DNA of 64,000 nucleotides. It comes from Octopus bimaculoides (taxonomy: Eukaryota). Shown here piece by piece: positions 38,800 through 51,667 of this stretch; position 1 is the stretch's first letter; each line of letters opens with the position of its first letter. Location: positions 9,956,744-10,020,743 of the forward strand of contig NC_068981.1 of assembly GCF_001194135.2 (NCBI RefSeq). The letters are read 5' to 3'. A program made the position numbers and the translations under genes. Under the pieces are notes generated by a model. It saw only the letters and a list, made by a program, of their open reading frames with translations, ran no database searches and was not told the origin of the DNA.

Positions 38800-39030
38800 T
38801 CTATTGCTACTATAACGATTTCATTTCCTCGGAGCTGGACGTTCTCGTTCTTCCTCCGTTTGGGCACACTCATCACAATGGCATCCCCACCTCTCCTCAT
38901 TCTCACTCCTTCCACTACCACTCTAACCCTTTACTAACCACTATACACAATCCTATCTTTCCTGAACATTGTCCCTCGGAATTGTTTTCCTGCTCATGCT
39001 TTTCTTTCCTGCAGGTGTTGACCAACAACA
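38800..39030 (+). mobile_element. Penelope-type terminal or non-autonomous repeat related to 12330-12620
   Basis: Pyrimidine-rich body ending ttttctttcctgcaggtgttgaccaacaacagtttaaac. Confidence 0.35.
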
Positions 39031-39185
39031 GTTTAAACGAAATATTGGTCTTGAATTTTTGGTACAAGGCGGCCAGAAACGACCCCCCGAACGGATGAAA
39101 GGCAAAGTCAACCTCGGCAGAATTTGAACTGAGAACGTGAATAGAGACGGAATGTCACTAAGCGTTCGTTTTACCCGGCATGCTC

Positions 39186-39407
39186 TTTACTCTTTTACTT
39201 GTTTCAGTCATTTGACTGTGGCCATGCTGGAGCACCGCCTTTAGTCGAGCAAATCGACCCCAGGACTTATTCTTTGGAAGCCTAGTAATTATTCTATCGG
39301 TCTCTTTTGCCGAACCGCTACGTTACGGGGACGTAAACACACCACCATCGGTTGTCAAGCGATGTTGGGGGACAAACACAGACACACAGACATATACACA
39401 CACATAC

Positions 39408-39452
<45 letters not shown>

Positions 39453-39612
39453 TACGACGGGCTTCTTTCAGTTTCCGTCTACCAAATCCACTCACAAGGT
39501 TTTGGTCGGCCCGAGGCTATTGTAGAAGACACTTGCCCAAGGTGCCACGCAGTGGGACTGAACCCGGAACCATTTGGTTGGTAAGCAAGCTACTTACCAC
39601 ACAGCCATTCCT
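39186..39612 (-). mobile_element. Near-intact SINE family C copy inserted at the head of a family A copy (39050-39180)
   Basis: Complete head, (TA)n/(TG)n and tail. The neighbouring family A copy ends at the junction. Confidence 0.88.
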
Positions 39613-40481
39613 ACGCATGCTAATAATTCTACCAACTCAACGCCTTGTTTAAGTGAAATATTAACAGCATTCAGCTCTTCTGTTTCGGAGGAGCTACAAA
39701 GGTCAAATGCACTGCACCATACTCCAGACTCTTGAAACAAATAAAAGAAACAGAAGAAATATGAGATTCTTAAGAACTAAGGATAAACACAACTATTTCT
39801 ACAGGTCCATCACATTTGCTACGGACCTGTATTTTTTATATAATTCAGTCCAGAAAGGAAACACTTAGAAGAAAGATATTCTTCAACTTTGACGTCAGCC
39901 ATCGTCTAGTTACACAATGTCAGCTACTTCAAGTATTATTTGTACTTGTACTTCTGAAATGTGAACAAGTGACGTCTACGCTTTTAATTAGATTTCGACT
40001 TTCACAATAACTTGGATATCATTGCATAGCAAATTTGAATAGAATTTAAAGACACCTTTATATTTTAATATATATATATATATATATTTTAATATATANN
40101 NNNNNNNNNNNNNNNNNNNNNNNNNNNNNNNNNNNNNNNNNNNNNNNNNNNNNNNNNNNNNNNNNNNNNNNNNNNNNNNNNNNNNNNNNNNNNNNNNNNN
40201 NNNNNNNNNNNNNNNNNNNNNNNNNNNNNNNNNNNNNNNNNNNNNNNNNNNNNNNNNNNNNNNNNNNNNNNNNNNNNNNNNNNNNNTCCAATCTCAGTTC
40301 GGAACCACCAAGAGAATTGTAAAGTATGATTAATATCCTGGGTAAAATGTTCGTGATTTCTAGAAGACTCTGTACCAACTGACATAAATCTGAATTTAAG
40401 AAAAAAAAATGAAATATATAAGTGCCTAGCCTGTTCTTCCCCTTTTAGACACGGCAGTTTCAATTTTTACCAATGATATAA

Positions 40482-40689
40482 CGGTACATGAACGGGATGC
40501 CGAAGTAAAAAAAAAATAGCCGGACGGACAAGAAGCCGAAAAGACATACAAGAATTGAAATTTAATTTCGTTAAATCTTAAGTGCCAAATTGGTGATTTG
40601 GTCATTAAGCTAGGTAGGAATTATTTTTGTGTCCGTTCGGCATTTTGTCCGTTCGGCAAAAGTGCATTCGGTATACTGTCTACGCACGG
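40482..40689. mobile_element. Old MITE-like element with degenerate TIRs
   Basis: Termini cggtacatgaacgggatgccgaa and ttcggtatactgtctacgcacgg match at 15/23 (mismatches mostly transitions); subterminal gccggacggaca versus tgtccgttcggc x2. Confidence 0.4.
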
Positions 40690-41696
40690 ATATAACTGGA
40701 TTTGTAACATAGCAGTTCATACATTTATTAATGTATTTGTAAACATACAGTATTTTCTCGTTTGCTGATTCATAGCCTTAGGTTCATTTCCAAGGGAGAT
40801 GATTCTAACTTCGTTTCTTTTTTATTTTTCCAAGCCATATAAATTAAATGCCAGCATTATCAGGAAAGGACCAAATCTTCATTTTAAAGAAAAAATTTCA
40901 TATTCTTAATATACCTTGCTGGTTGACCAATTAAAACAAGAAAATTAGTTGATCATTAAAAGAAACAGGATGATGCAATCAGATGGCGAAAGAGTCGTTT
41001 TAGCCATTTAAAACCAAGTAAAACTGCCAAATATATTTCTTTAGGTGTCAGCTGATTTTAATTGACGTGTTGTTTTAAATCACTAAAAATCTAATTGCTG
41101 ACGTTTCAATACATGATCGTAGATCGGTTGTCTGGAATTTTGTGAAATATTATCAACGTTGTCAAGTTAAACATCGTAGAGTGTAATCATTTTTGCTTTT
41201 GCTTTTATTTTGAATAACTGACATACTACATATAAGCCACAATAATGCAATGATAGATTTCCCAACACTTTCTCTTGGCATAGATTTTCATAATTGCATA
41301 GTCTGCATCATTTTGCCGTGAAGATTATTTAAAAAACAAAAACAAAAACCATTCTATCTGAATTGACATTTACTGTCTGATCCAGAATGTTTATGTGAAT
41401 AAGTTTGACTGGGCGGTAATTGCTTATGCTAAAAATACATCTTTGTTAAAATAAATTTCGAAATCACTGTGAAAACGATTATGAATTGAGAATATACGAT
41501 GGAGTCGTGATGAAATGGCCCAGGGTTCAATCCCTTTACATGGAATTTTCTAGTAAAGTAGCTTCTGCTTTTTAGAGCAGGCTGGTCTAATGCCACCCCA
41601 ACACATATGCAAATAAGCTGCTCTAATATAATAATTCAGCAAAACCTCAAGTGAAAAAGCATCGAACAATGCTAATATTCCCCTATGCGAGGCTAA

Positions 41697-41784
41697 TTTT
41701 CTGGTGTAGTAGTAACACACTTAGTCACGTTAACAAAGGGATGTGCGTTCGAGTTCCGTGCGGATGGAAACCCTACTTTTTTTA
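41697..41784 (+). pseudogene. Degenerate tRNA-like (Val-like) sequence with oligo-T terminator
   Basis: A-box-like tggtgtagtagtaac, tta-gtcacgt-taa loop (CAC), B-box gttcgagttcc and T7 run. The stems are imperfect. Confidence 0.3.
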
Positions 41785-41785
41785 A

Positions 41786-42000
41786 GGCGCCGAGCTGGTA
41801 GAAACATTAGCACGTAGGGCGTAATGCTTAGCGGTATTTCGTCTGTCTTTACTTTCTGAGTTCAAATTCCGCAGAGGTCGACTTTGCCTTTCATCCTTTC
41901 GGGGTCGATAAATTTAGTACCAGTTGCGCACTGGAGTCGATGTAATCGACTGGCCCCCTCCTCAAAAATTTCGGGCCTTGTACCTAGAGTAGAAAAGAAT
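41786..42000 (+). mobile_element. Near-consensus SINE family A copy
   Basis: ggcgccgagctggtagaaacattagcacg...gttcaaattcc...gcctttcatcctttcggggtcgataaatttagtaccag...gagtagaaaagaat. Confidence 0.92.
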
Positions 42001-42088
42001 AATCTCCTATGGACAACCTAAAAGATTTTTAGTAAGGCTAGCGAACCGTCATACCTAACAAATATGCGACTGATATAGAAAACAAAAC

Positions 42089-42147
42089 TATTAAGCCTTA
42101 CATATTAAGCCTTACATATTAAGCCTTACATATTAAGCCTTACATAT
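42089..42147. repeat. Perfect 14-bp minisatellite (tattaagccttaca)x4.2
   Basis: Direct reading of the sequence. Confidence 0.95.
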
Positions 42148-43249
42148 AATCCCTTCTACAGTCTCCTGTCAATGCGAGTGAAAACAAGTTAAGAAAAGAG
42201 AAGGCCAACAGGAGCATTACATCTGTAATTCAACCGACCTGCCTCATTACGTTCTGTGTCATGTATATTCTGTATGAGAATTACGTTTAAGATACAAATG
42301 TTAGGGAAGTGCTCAACCATTTACATAGTAATTCAATAGTAGGTAGTTCTATTTATTGAGCAATTGAAATGTTCATCGTCGAAAAAGACGTAAATTCATT
42401 TATTTTATCGAATAATTACGAAACACTTAAGTGAAAATAAACATTTCGTTCTATTTCGATTGTGTTCATATGAAATGTTTACATTTACTGTTGTTCTCAA
42501 TGTAACGCAATATCACAAAAATGTGTACATAAACAGAAAACACATGCAAACTTACATACGTATTTCTCATATTACGTTTCTTAAATAAACACCTTTGAAT
42601 TGCTAGTGTCTTTTATCTTTAACATATCATACTACACCATCCACATCGCTCCATAATTTATCACACAAAACAACGTTATCTGACATGAAAGGTAACTTCA
42701 CTACTTATACTCGATATATTCTTTCAAATTCGATAACTCAATTAAAACTGTTCTATTACAGTGTATCTACAGTCTGCGATTACAACACGTTGAATGTCTC
42801 TCATTCATTAATAACCACCAATACGACTTACGGATTGTCAGATCCGTTGGCGGTAAACTCTTCTAAGTCACGCACCGGTACGTTCTCACTCTTGAGAAAT
42901 TTGGTAAACATGATTTTGCTATGTTCCACATCGGTAACGTTTTCGAGCACCTCTGGCTTGTGAAACTTCAATCAGAATTTTGCTTTGCCGGATCCATTCA
43001 TCTCTCCTATTTTGTATCGGTGATTTCCTGTTAGATTACACAATCACATTGTGCACCAATGGTTCTCTCTCTCTCACTCTGTTTTTGTCTTTTTCTTTCT
43101 CACTTCTTCTTTCTCGCCGGTGTGCTCCAGAGTTTAGTATCCACAGTCTTTCACTTTTATGTCATGAACTTAATTACTGTCACCTACAACAAAGCCCTCC
43201 CTTATATGGTTGACAACCTCATTCAGTCCTTCCTAAATATCCGTGTCCA

Positions 43250-44360
43250 ATTGCCATTCACTTGTAATCTCCACACCGAACTTCCACTGATTACATAAAC
43301 AGAATTGTCGAAAATATTTTCCTACTCCAACTGGGTCATGTTTATATCTTTCTACTTTTTACAAGACAATCTCTTCGTAGACCAACAAAACATCATCGTA
43401 TCCTCTAAAAGTCTATCCTCACGACCACTTCAAATTCCCGATTTCACCATCGCTGGAGATCTCAAAGCCAGAAATTATTTCGTTCTTTAAGAACTTCCAA
43501 CCCACTTCATAACTCAAATAATTCTCACAGTGACGTATTTCTACATCTGGAACGGAGATGCTGCAACAGACATGTACAACGCCTCTAGATAAAGGATGAA
43601 GTCATTCACAAACACACTCCAGATATTTAGTTCTCTGTACTCTTCTATCTTTTCTCTCACTACTAAAGTAGCCTCTGCTTTTTGGAGCTGGCTGCTCTCA
43701 TCCCACCCCGACACTTAAGCAAATTAGTCATTCCAATATAACAATTCTAAAGCCCAACAAAATCCCAAATGAAATATCATTGCACAGTGTTAATACTTTC
43801 CTTTGCACATCCTAAGAGATTTTTAGGAAGTCTAAATAAAATACAGCGAACCATCATAACCGTCACACTTAACATAACCATACGACTGACATAGAAGATA
43901 AAAGTATTATGTGTTACATATAACCCGTTCACAACATATCGAGAAAACATAGTTGAGAAAGTAAAACAATGCAAAAAAATACTTACAGCAACCGCAGATG
44001 TCACATATGTCTACGAGGAAGTCATAACAATAATGTTGTTCAAACTATAGTTTAGATCTATCATGGCTATCTCAGTATTACACACGCCTCCACAAGAAGC
44101 AGCTATAAACGAGAAAGGGCAGAAAACAGCGTGCCATGCATTGTAATAAGTCGTATACAGAAAGAAATCCAACGACCGTCTGCACAAGGAAAAACCAACA
44201 TTATTAATGATGAAACGCCACTTGGACATGCGAAAGGTGCAGTTTGCTGTTGCAACGCGCTTCGACACTCAATCTCTGGCCACAATAGGGAAACACAGCT
44301 CCAAACACTTCAGGCAAGTATGAAACCTATGTCGCTACGGTAGCATTCTAGATGCAGGAG
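43250..44360 (+). pseudogene. Decayed APE-type LINE relic
   Basis: PDFTIAGDLKARN (APE GDxNA motif) near 43440-43480 and a RYGSIL-like remnant near 44330. Confidence 0.4.
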
Positions 44361-44365
44361 CGTGA

Positions 44366-44670
44366 ATGCTTGTGGCTCAGTGGTTAGGACATTCGGCTTA
44401 CGATCATAAGATCGTGAGTTCGATTCTCATCGGCGTGCTGTGTCCATGAGCAAGACACTTTATTGCCACTCAGCTGACAAAAATGAGTTGTACCTGTATT
44501 TCAAAGGGCCAGCCATATTTTGTGTCACCCTGAATCTCTCTAAGAACTCCGTTAAGAGTACGCTTGTCCATGGAATGCTCAGTCACCTGCATTTTAATTT
44601 CACGTGCAGGCTGTTCTTTTAATAAGATCAACTTAAACACTCATCGTTGTAACCGACGGAGTGCCATTTA
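44366..44670 (+). mobile_element. SINE family B copy
   Basis: Head tgtggctcagtggttaggac...gagttcgattc; body tttcaaagggccagcc...cgtaaccgacggagtgcc. Confidence 0.85.
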
Positions 44671-45332
44671 AAAGGCAGGATCCCTCTTCTAGACAAACAT
44701 AAATATCGCATACATCTGAAAGTAGCTGTAACATCAATAGTCATGCTAATCTGAAATGCTGTACGTAGACAGACGTCACAAACAATAAGTGCAGAGGAAC
44801 AGAGCCTGCTGCACTCAGATAGAACTCATCCTGCCTGCCTCTGTTGTGGTCACCCCAGAATCTATGTCCGTACAAAACAGACTGGTCAGCAGAAAAATTA
44901 CAGTAATCCGGATTATCACACTTCTCTTCATACAATTCGTCAGGGCATATATAAATTGAATTAAGATAGAGTGTATGAGAGTAGGTGTATCTGTAGGTCA
45001 CACCTCATCGTCCGGTAGCTCTATTATTTGAAACCAAAGGTTACCCTTCTGGTTACATAATAATAGCTTCAAATTTTGGCTCAAGGACAACAATATACGG
45101 GGAGGGGTTAAGTTGATGGTATCGGCCCCAGGGCTCAACTGGTATTTATTTTTTCAACCACTCCCCGAAAGAACAAAAGGCAAAACAAAAGAGGGATGAA
45201 TTTCTTCCAATCGTTATGACTGGTGTGCTAACGATTCTGCCAGCTCGTCGCCATTTTCTGATTACATAATAATAACAGCAATAGCAAGCCTCTTGTTCTA
45301 TTTTAAATAATGAATGTATGAAGAAAAAGCTT

Positions 45333-45931
45333 GGATCTTTTTTAAAACGGGGGCCACATTTTTCATTAACGAAACACTTTGAAACTTGGAACACTGGTAG
45401 AATGTGTCATATAAAACATCTTTTTTTCTTAGTCTTCTTTAAAAAAAAAGAAATCCCTAAGTTATTCCATGTTAAAGTTGTCGTATTTCTGTAATTTCAA
45501 CCAATCACTGACGTCCATTCAGCCGATATACATTAAGTGCCGACTACATAAACAAACGATTCTGAAACAATTCTATAAGTGATAGGGTTAGGGTTAGGGT
45601 AAAACAGAAAATTTAAAAAGAAAAAAGCAAATAAAAGGAAGAAAAAAAAAAGAAAATGAAAAAAGCAAATTTAAAATGAAAAAAGCAAATAAAACGAAGC
45701 TATGGCTTAATCAGCCAAAGGAGTAAATGTAAACAACTGAATACTTGTCAGTGATTGGTTGAAATTATCGAAATAAGACAATTTTTTACATGAAATAAAT
45801 TCGAATACAAAAATATTTTTCTGTTCTATAACACAAAATAGATAAGTATACGAAGTTTGAAAGTCTTTCGGTACCAAAAACACTACGTAAAACATTAATG
45901 AAAAATGTGGCCCCCGTTTTAAAAAAGATCC
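45333..45931. mobile_element. 599-bp MITE with perfect 37-bp TIRs, 8-bp TSD, internal 21-bp inverted repeat and (TTAGGG) tract
   Basis: TIR ggatcttttttaaaacgggggccacatttttcattaa; TSD aaaagctt at 45325-45332 and 45932-45939; inner IR at 45492-45512 and 45747-45767; tagggttagggttagggt at 45583-45600. Confidence 0.93.
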
Positions 45932-46530
45932 AAAAGCTTATCGTTGAGGCATACACCGTTTAGAATAATTTGATGTCTTATAATAGCGAGTGAGAATACG
46001 ATTCATTATGAATATTCTCTCTTGCTATTGACATAGATCGTATGCATAAAATGGTGACTTGTTTTAGTTCCCGGAACCAGTGCACCCAGTATCATATTAC
46101 CCGATTTCCACCTTTTTACGTTTGCTATTTACTGCAGATCAACATTCAGTTTGGTTCGACAACTTAGAGGAGATATATTCTACATTGGGCTAATATAATA
46201 AAGATTATGTATTACCTGCATGATGATTTGCTTTTTTCACTGCATAACTACAGCCTATTGAATCTTGAGACTTACCACTTTTCATTGTATTGTTTATCTC
46301 TTAGATATGTTAGAAAAGAATATTTTCGTGATCACAAAATCATTGTTGAATGTATTTCACATTTTCTGCCTTTTGAATGCGTGGCTGTTGATATTTATGA
46401 TTTATTGTGTTGCTGTTTCCTATACTATACAACATAAAATGTATTTCAGTAATATATCTTAAACTGCATGTAAAGAAAGTATCATGATTGTAGGTTTCTT
46501 TGATGAATTGTGTGTTAGATAAGCCTGAGA

Positions 46531-46569
<39 letters not shown>

Positions 46570-47091
46570 TTTTGAAGGGAAGCGACGGGAAAGCTATTAC
46601 AGAGATAAAATATACATCCATGGTTAATAGTAAGATATCTCTTTTTGTTTCATTATATCTTCTTTACCTTAGATTTAAATACTTTCTGGTATCAAACAGA
46701 TAGACGGCTGTTATCTATGGAAGTACTTTTTTATATCTCCGATACTTACACATATTTAATCAGTTCCCCATCGCAAACCAATAACAGACCAAAGGGAATT
46801 CGTCGTTTCAATTTAAGAAGAAACGTTTGCCTAAGTTCAAAATGACAAAGAAAATGAGTTATCATAGCTGAAAAAAAAAATAGTATAAAAGATCCATTTC
46901 ATGTGATTGTGAGATCAATACTCAGTGATGAAACAAACGAAATCAACATCAAATAAATATATTTAAAAAAATATAAACAAGAATATATAGAAAAAGACAT
47001 TACAATTGATCTAATAAACCTTTTTAAGAAATCGATATAAACGTTTCGACTTACGAAGACAACAAGTTTGCTGCCTCTGATAACTGAAAAT

Positions 47092-47475
47092 CGCGGCACT
47101 CCGTCGGTTGCGACGACGAGGGTTCATGTTGATCCGATCAACGGAACAGCCTGCCCGTGAAATTAACGCGCAAGTGGCTGAGCACTCCACAGACACGTGT
47201 ACCCTTAAGGTACTTCTCAGGGGAGATTCAGCGTGACACGGAGTGTAACAAGGCTGGCCCTTTCAAATATAGGAACGACAGAAACAGGAAGAATGAGTAA
47301 GAGAAAGTTGTGGTGAAAGAATACAGCAGGGATCGCCACCACCCTCTGCCGGGGCCTCGTGGAGCTTTAGGTGTTTTCGCTCAATAAACACTCACAATGC
47401 CCGGTCTGGGAATCGAAACTACGATCCTACGACCGCGAGTCCGCTGCCCTAACTACTGGACCATTGCGCCTCCAC
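47092..47475 (-). mobile_element. Full-length SINE family B copy
   Basis: Close match to 30069-30447; near-TSD taactgaaaat / taactcaaaat. Confidence 0.9.
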
Positions 47476-48328
47476 TAACTCAAAATATATCTTAGTTATT
47501 GACTGTTGTCTTGGTTGCGACATCAGGTACATGCCTAACTTCAAATTGTGACCATTTTCTATTTACTATGAAATCTATTGGTGAGTTTATTAGCTTTGAG
47601 TAGGTTTCCCTGTATGTCTAGAACAAGAGTTCAAATAGATACCGAATAAACTGAAATATTTGCCCAGAAATGTGTAAACGTGTTCAAAGATTTGGAGTGT
47701 ACACATTCAGAACACACGTACATTGACACATAGATACTCACACACATGCACACGCAGGTACTGTTTCTGGCTTCGGTAATTACTATATACACTAGTGGGC
47801 ATTGTGCGTACATTTACATCTAATAGATTGATGTTAGCGAATGTATATGAAATAACACTGAGGAATTTCAACCATGTTTCGTGGTCTGCTACTACAACAG
47901 CTCCTTTATAGGATCCAGTTAGCTCAAGACATCATCAGGAGGAACCACGTCCGGTTTCGGCCCCTACTCCTCTACCTTTTTGACGTGGTGGGGGCCCCCC
48001 TTTCGGAGGTGTCTTCAGCTCTGAAGACTTTAAATTTGTTCGTCGGCCCCATATGGCTGTTTATGAATATGTAAAAAGCACAAAAATTTCATCAGTAAAA
48101 TTTTGATAATAAATTTTAAAAAAAAACACTCATTACAAATTTCATTAAAAATATCTATGGCGAACCTATAACAAAGTACAAATTTCTGAAAGGTAGAAGA
48201 TGCTAAATAATAAGGTAGTCATTCTACTTAACAGTATTGTGTACTTAATTTTGCTAAATTGCAATTCCCGCCTGTGTGATAGAGCTGTCCACTACATCTA
48301 TCTATCTATCTATCTATCNNNNNNNNNN

Positions 48329-48364
<36 letters not shown>

Positions 48365-48959
48365 AATGTAATATTATTTTTTAATTTTGGCACGAAACCA
48401 GATAAAGTCGATTGCATCAACCCCTGTATTCGACTATTACGCAGTTTATCAGACCCCGAAAGGGTTCAAGGCAAAATCAACTCCAGTGACATTTGAACTC
48501 TTTGAATGTGGAGAGCTAGAAGAAAAGCTGCTATGCGTTTTATCCGGGACGGTAACCATTCTGCCAGCAATTTGAAGCTTCTATAATAAATTTCTTCCAT
48601 TACACGGCGAAATATACATTTGTCACGTTCCAGTAGCTTTAAAACGTAACGTGACACAGTCATATGGTTAGTTATCACTGCTAATGTATTGATGGTACAG
48701 ATTGTGCCTTTCGTATTGACATTAATATTTAAGATCTTTCGCTTCGTTAAGATGGCGAGCTCACAGAATCGTTACCGTATCTGATAAAATACTTAGTGGT
48801 GCTTCTTCCGACTTTATATTCAAAGTTCAAATTCCACCGAGGTCCACTTTGCCTTTCGTTCTTTCGGGTCGATGAAATAAGTACTAGTTGAACACTGGGG
48901 TCGATGTAATCGACTTAACTTTTTCCCTGAAATCACTCGTGCTAAAATATGAAACCAAT

Positions 48960-49270
48960 AATTTTCACTTCGCCAAATTAAGTATTTTTTTATTTTCTAT
49001 CGCATTCAACTCCTGCATAATTTCATACCCATCTATGCCAAAATATTTGTAGAATATGGAATTGCCAAGCTCCTGTACTCCTTGGATTTCCAAAACATAT
49101 GTTCCACTCGTCAATCTGTGTTATTTTATTGTTAGTCTTTTGCATTTTCCCAGTTCAAATACGTTAATGTTCATGATAAAACATTTGACAATAATGAATT
49201 CCTCAAACTGGGAGCTGTAGCAGCATAGAATTTTAGAATACATTTCCATGAAAAGGAAATGGCGATTGAG
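48960..49270 (-). pseudogene. R4/Dong-like reverse transcriptase fragment
   Basis: IIVKCFIMNINVFELGKCKRLTIK (cf. DI.MEFGL.KC..LTIK) and IQGVQELGNSIFYKYFGI (cf. I..L....YKYLGI). Confidence 0.55.
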
Positions 49271-49774
49271 CCTGGTCCTTAGTCACTCTATGTAATATAC
49301 GAAGTTGCCATTTATTTATTAACCAACTTAAAAGAATATCCGTGTGGACATACCCGTGGGGCAGAAGCTTACTTTCATGTCGTCGGTTATCGAAAGAACC
49401 ATCTGCCATTTATTCAATGTTTTCCTTTTTCCTTATTGTTCTGTTTTGCTAGCCAAAGGTTTTATTTTTCTGTCAAAACACCTGATTGACAAAGCAGTCT
49501 TCAGGGTTTATGGGAATTTATCTGCCACTTTGATTTAATCTGACCGAATTTATTAACTGATGCGCGTAAGCGTATGTATGCGTGTATGTGCGCACGCATA
49601 TGTGTGTGTTAGTAATTGACGTATAGACAATATAGTCAACTACTGATTTTTATCTAAGGAGCTGCGGATGATCAAAATTATTCAGCTAGCAAGCACTGCA
49701 GTTTCATTGCAATTTGGAGAAACTGAAACAGGCTTAACTTCCTTAAAAGATTTGCAGTATTGCCATGAAATAAG

Positions 49775-49985
49775 CCGGCGAACTGGCAGAATTGTCACCG
49801 CACCGAGTAAAATGCTTACAGGCATTTTGTCCGTCTTTAGTTTCTGAGTGCAAATGCCACCAAGGTCGACTTTGCCATTTATCCTTTCAGGGTCGGTAAA
49901 ATAAATACCAGTTGAGCACTGGGGTCGATGTAATCGACATACCCTCCCCTGAAATTGCTGGTCTTGTGCTAAAATTTGAAACCAG
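49775..49985 (+). mobile_element. SINE family A copy
   Basis: Match to the family consensus. Confidence 0.85.
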
Positions 49986-50595
49986 TTTTGTCATAGAGTG
50001 TGATGGAACATTTAAGAACATCTAACCAAAGAAAGAAAGAAAGAATGAATGAATGAATGAATGATTTAACTAATTAATTAATTAATCAATTAAAAAGTAT
50101 ACAACGAACGAATTTTAAAAAAAATGAGTGCAAGGTGGACAAAAGAATAGAAGACCAGGAAAAAGAATGAAATAAGGAATGAAGGAAAAATGGAGAGTTG
50201 CAGATGAAGAATTGAATGAAAAATAGAACGAGGGATATATCAATAAGCCAAGAAGGAAGCAAGAATGAAAAGAAGGAAAATCAAATAGAAGGAAATGAAA
50301 GAAATATTTAGGGTGAAAATGAGACGAAGAAATATACAGAAAAAAAGGGTAAAGAAAAAGGAAGGATGTGAAAAGGAAGGTGATGAAAGGAATATAACAA
50401 GACAGGAAACCCCAATATTCCATTTCAGACGGATGAGGGATTCAGGTTGCTATGTCTATGTCTGCTCACCTAATACGTCTCCAGATATATAAATGCGTGT
50501 GTTTGTGTGTGTGTTTCTATTTGTTTATAAATATATATGTTTGTATATGTACGTATGTATGCCTATCTATTTATCTATCTATCTATCAATAAACG

Positions 50596-50643
<48 letters not shown>

Positions 50644-50705
50644 TAATAAAATACGAGATGGAATGTGTGAGGACGATTATATGTAAATCATATGTAAATA
50701 TCAGA

Positions 50706-51070
50706 CGCAGGTGTGCGACTGTGTGATAAGAAGCTTTCTTCCCAACCACATGGTTCCGGGTTCAGTTCCACTGCGTGGCACCTTGGGCTAGTGTTTTCAA
50801 CAATAGTTTCGGGCCAACCAAAGCCTTATGAGTGGATCTGGTAGACAAAAACTGAAAAGAAGCCTGTCGTGCATAAATATTTATGTATATATATTTATGT
50901 GTGTGTGTTTAGCGGTTCGGCAAAGGGATCGACGGATCAAGTACTAGGCTTACAAAGAATAAACCCTCAGGGTCGATTTGTTCGACTAAAAACCATTTAA
51001 GTTGGTGCTCCAGCATGGCCGCAGTCAAATGACTGAAACACGTAAATGAATAAAAATATAAAAGAATGTA
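50706..51070 (+). mobile_element. SINE family C copy
   Basis: Head gacgcaggtgtgcgactgtgtgataagaagc; tail gtcgatttgttcgactaaaa...gcatggccgcagtcaaatgactgaaac. Confidence 0.9.
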
Positions 51071-51667
51071 GTGCAGAAATTGGAGCTGCACGAGAATGTA
51101 GTGTTACTTTTGTGTCAAAACTATTGATGTACAATGATTATCAATAAATTGCAGTGTTACCAAGCATTTTGTGCTGAAGGATTTTCTTGCAAATAACCAT
51201 TAATACTACACTCTCATTCGCCATCCACTTCAGTTGCAAAATTATCATCAATAGAAATGAAAAATGATTTCTATATCCTCCAATGTCCATATTTAATCAT
51301 TTGTTTTCTTATTCATCACAACAGCTTGTAAGATAAAAGTAAATTCTACGTATAATTGGATCCAATATCAAATATGTTCTCAAATAAATATGAAAATGGT
51401 TGACTAGAAACAAATTCCTTATATTTTAGGATTTAGAAGACGGAAATTGGAAATATACAAATTAGGCTTCCATAGAAGCTTAAACGACATAAGTTCAATG
51501 ACTTTAGACTGGAATTAATAGAAGACCGGATGAAATCCCAAGTACAGACCCAGTCAATCTGAAGACATTCCGCAGCCTTGTGCATTTACAATTAAGTTAT
51601 AATACTCTGCTCAGTGTAGAAAGATACATTTATTCAGTTCGAGAGAGTAAGGAAGTTATTTTTAACA

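Noticed and set aside
47880-48070. GC-rich 66-aa ORF
   Set aside because: No homology recognised. The minus strand has an SRGRNRTW remnant suggestive of an RTE tail, too weak to call.
50100-50430. Purine-rich tracts giving Lys/Glu-rich or Phe/Leu-rich ORFs (also 27.0-27.2 and 53.9-54.3 kb)
   Set aside because: Low-complexity strand bias, not coding
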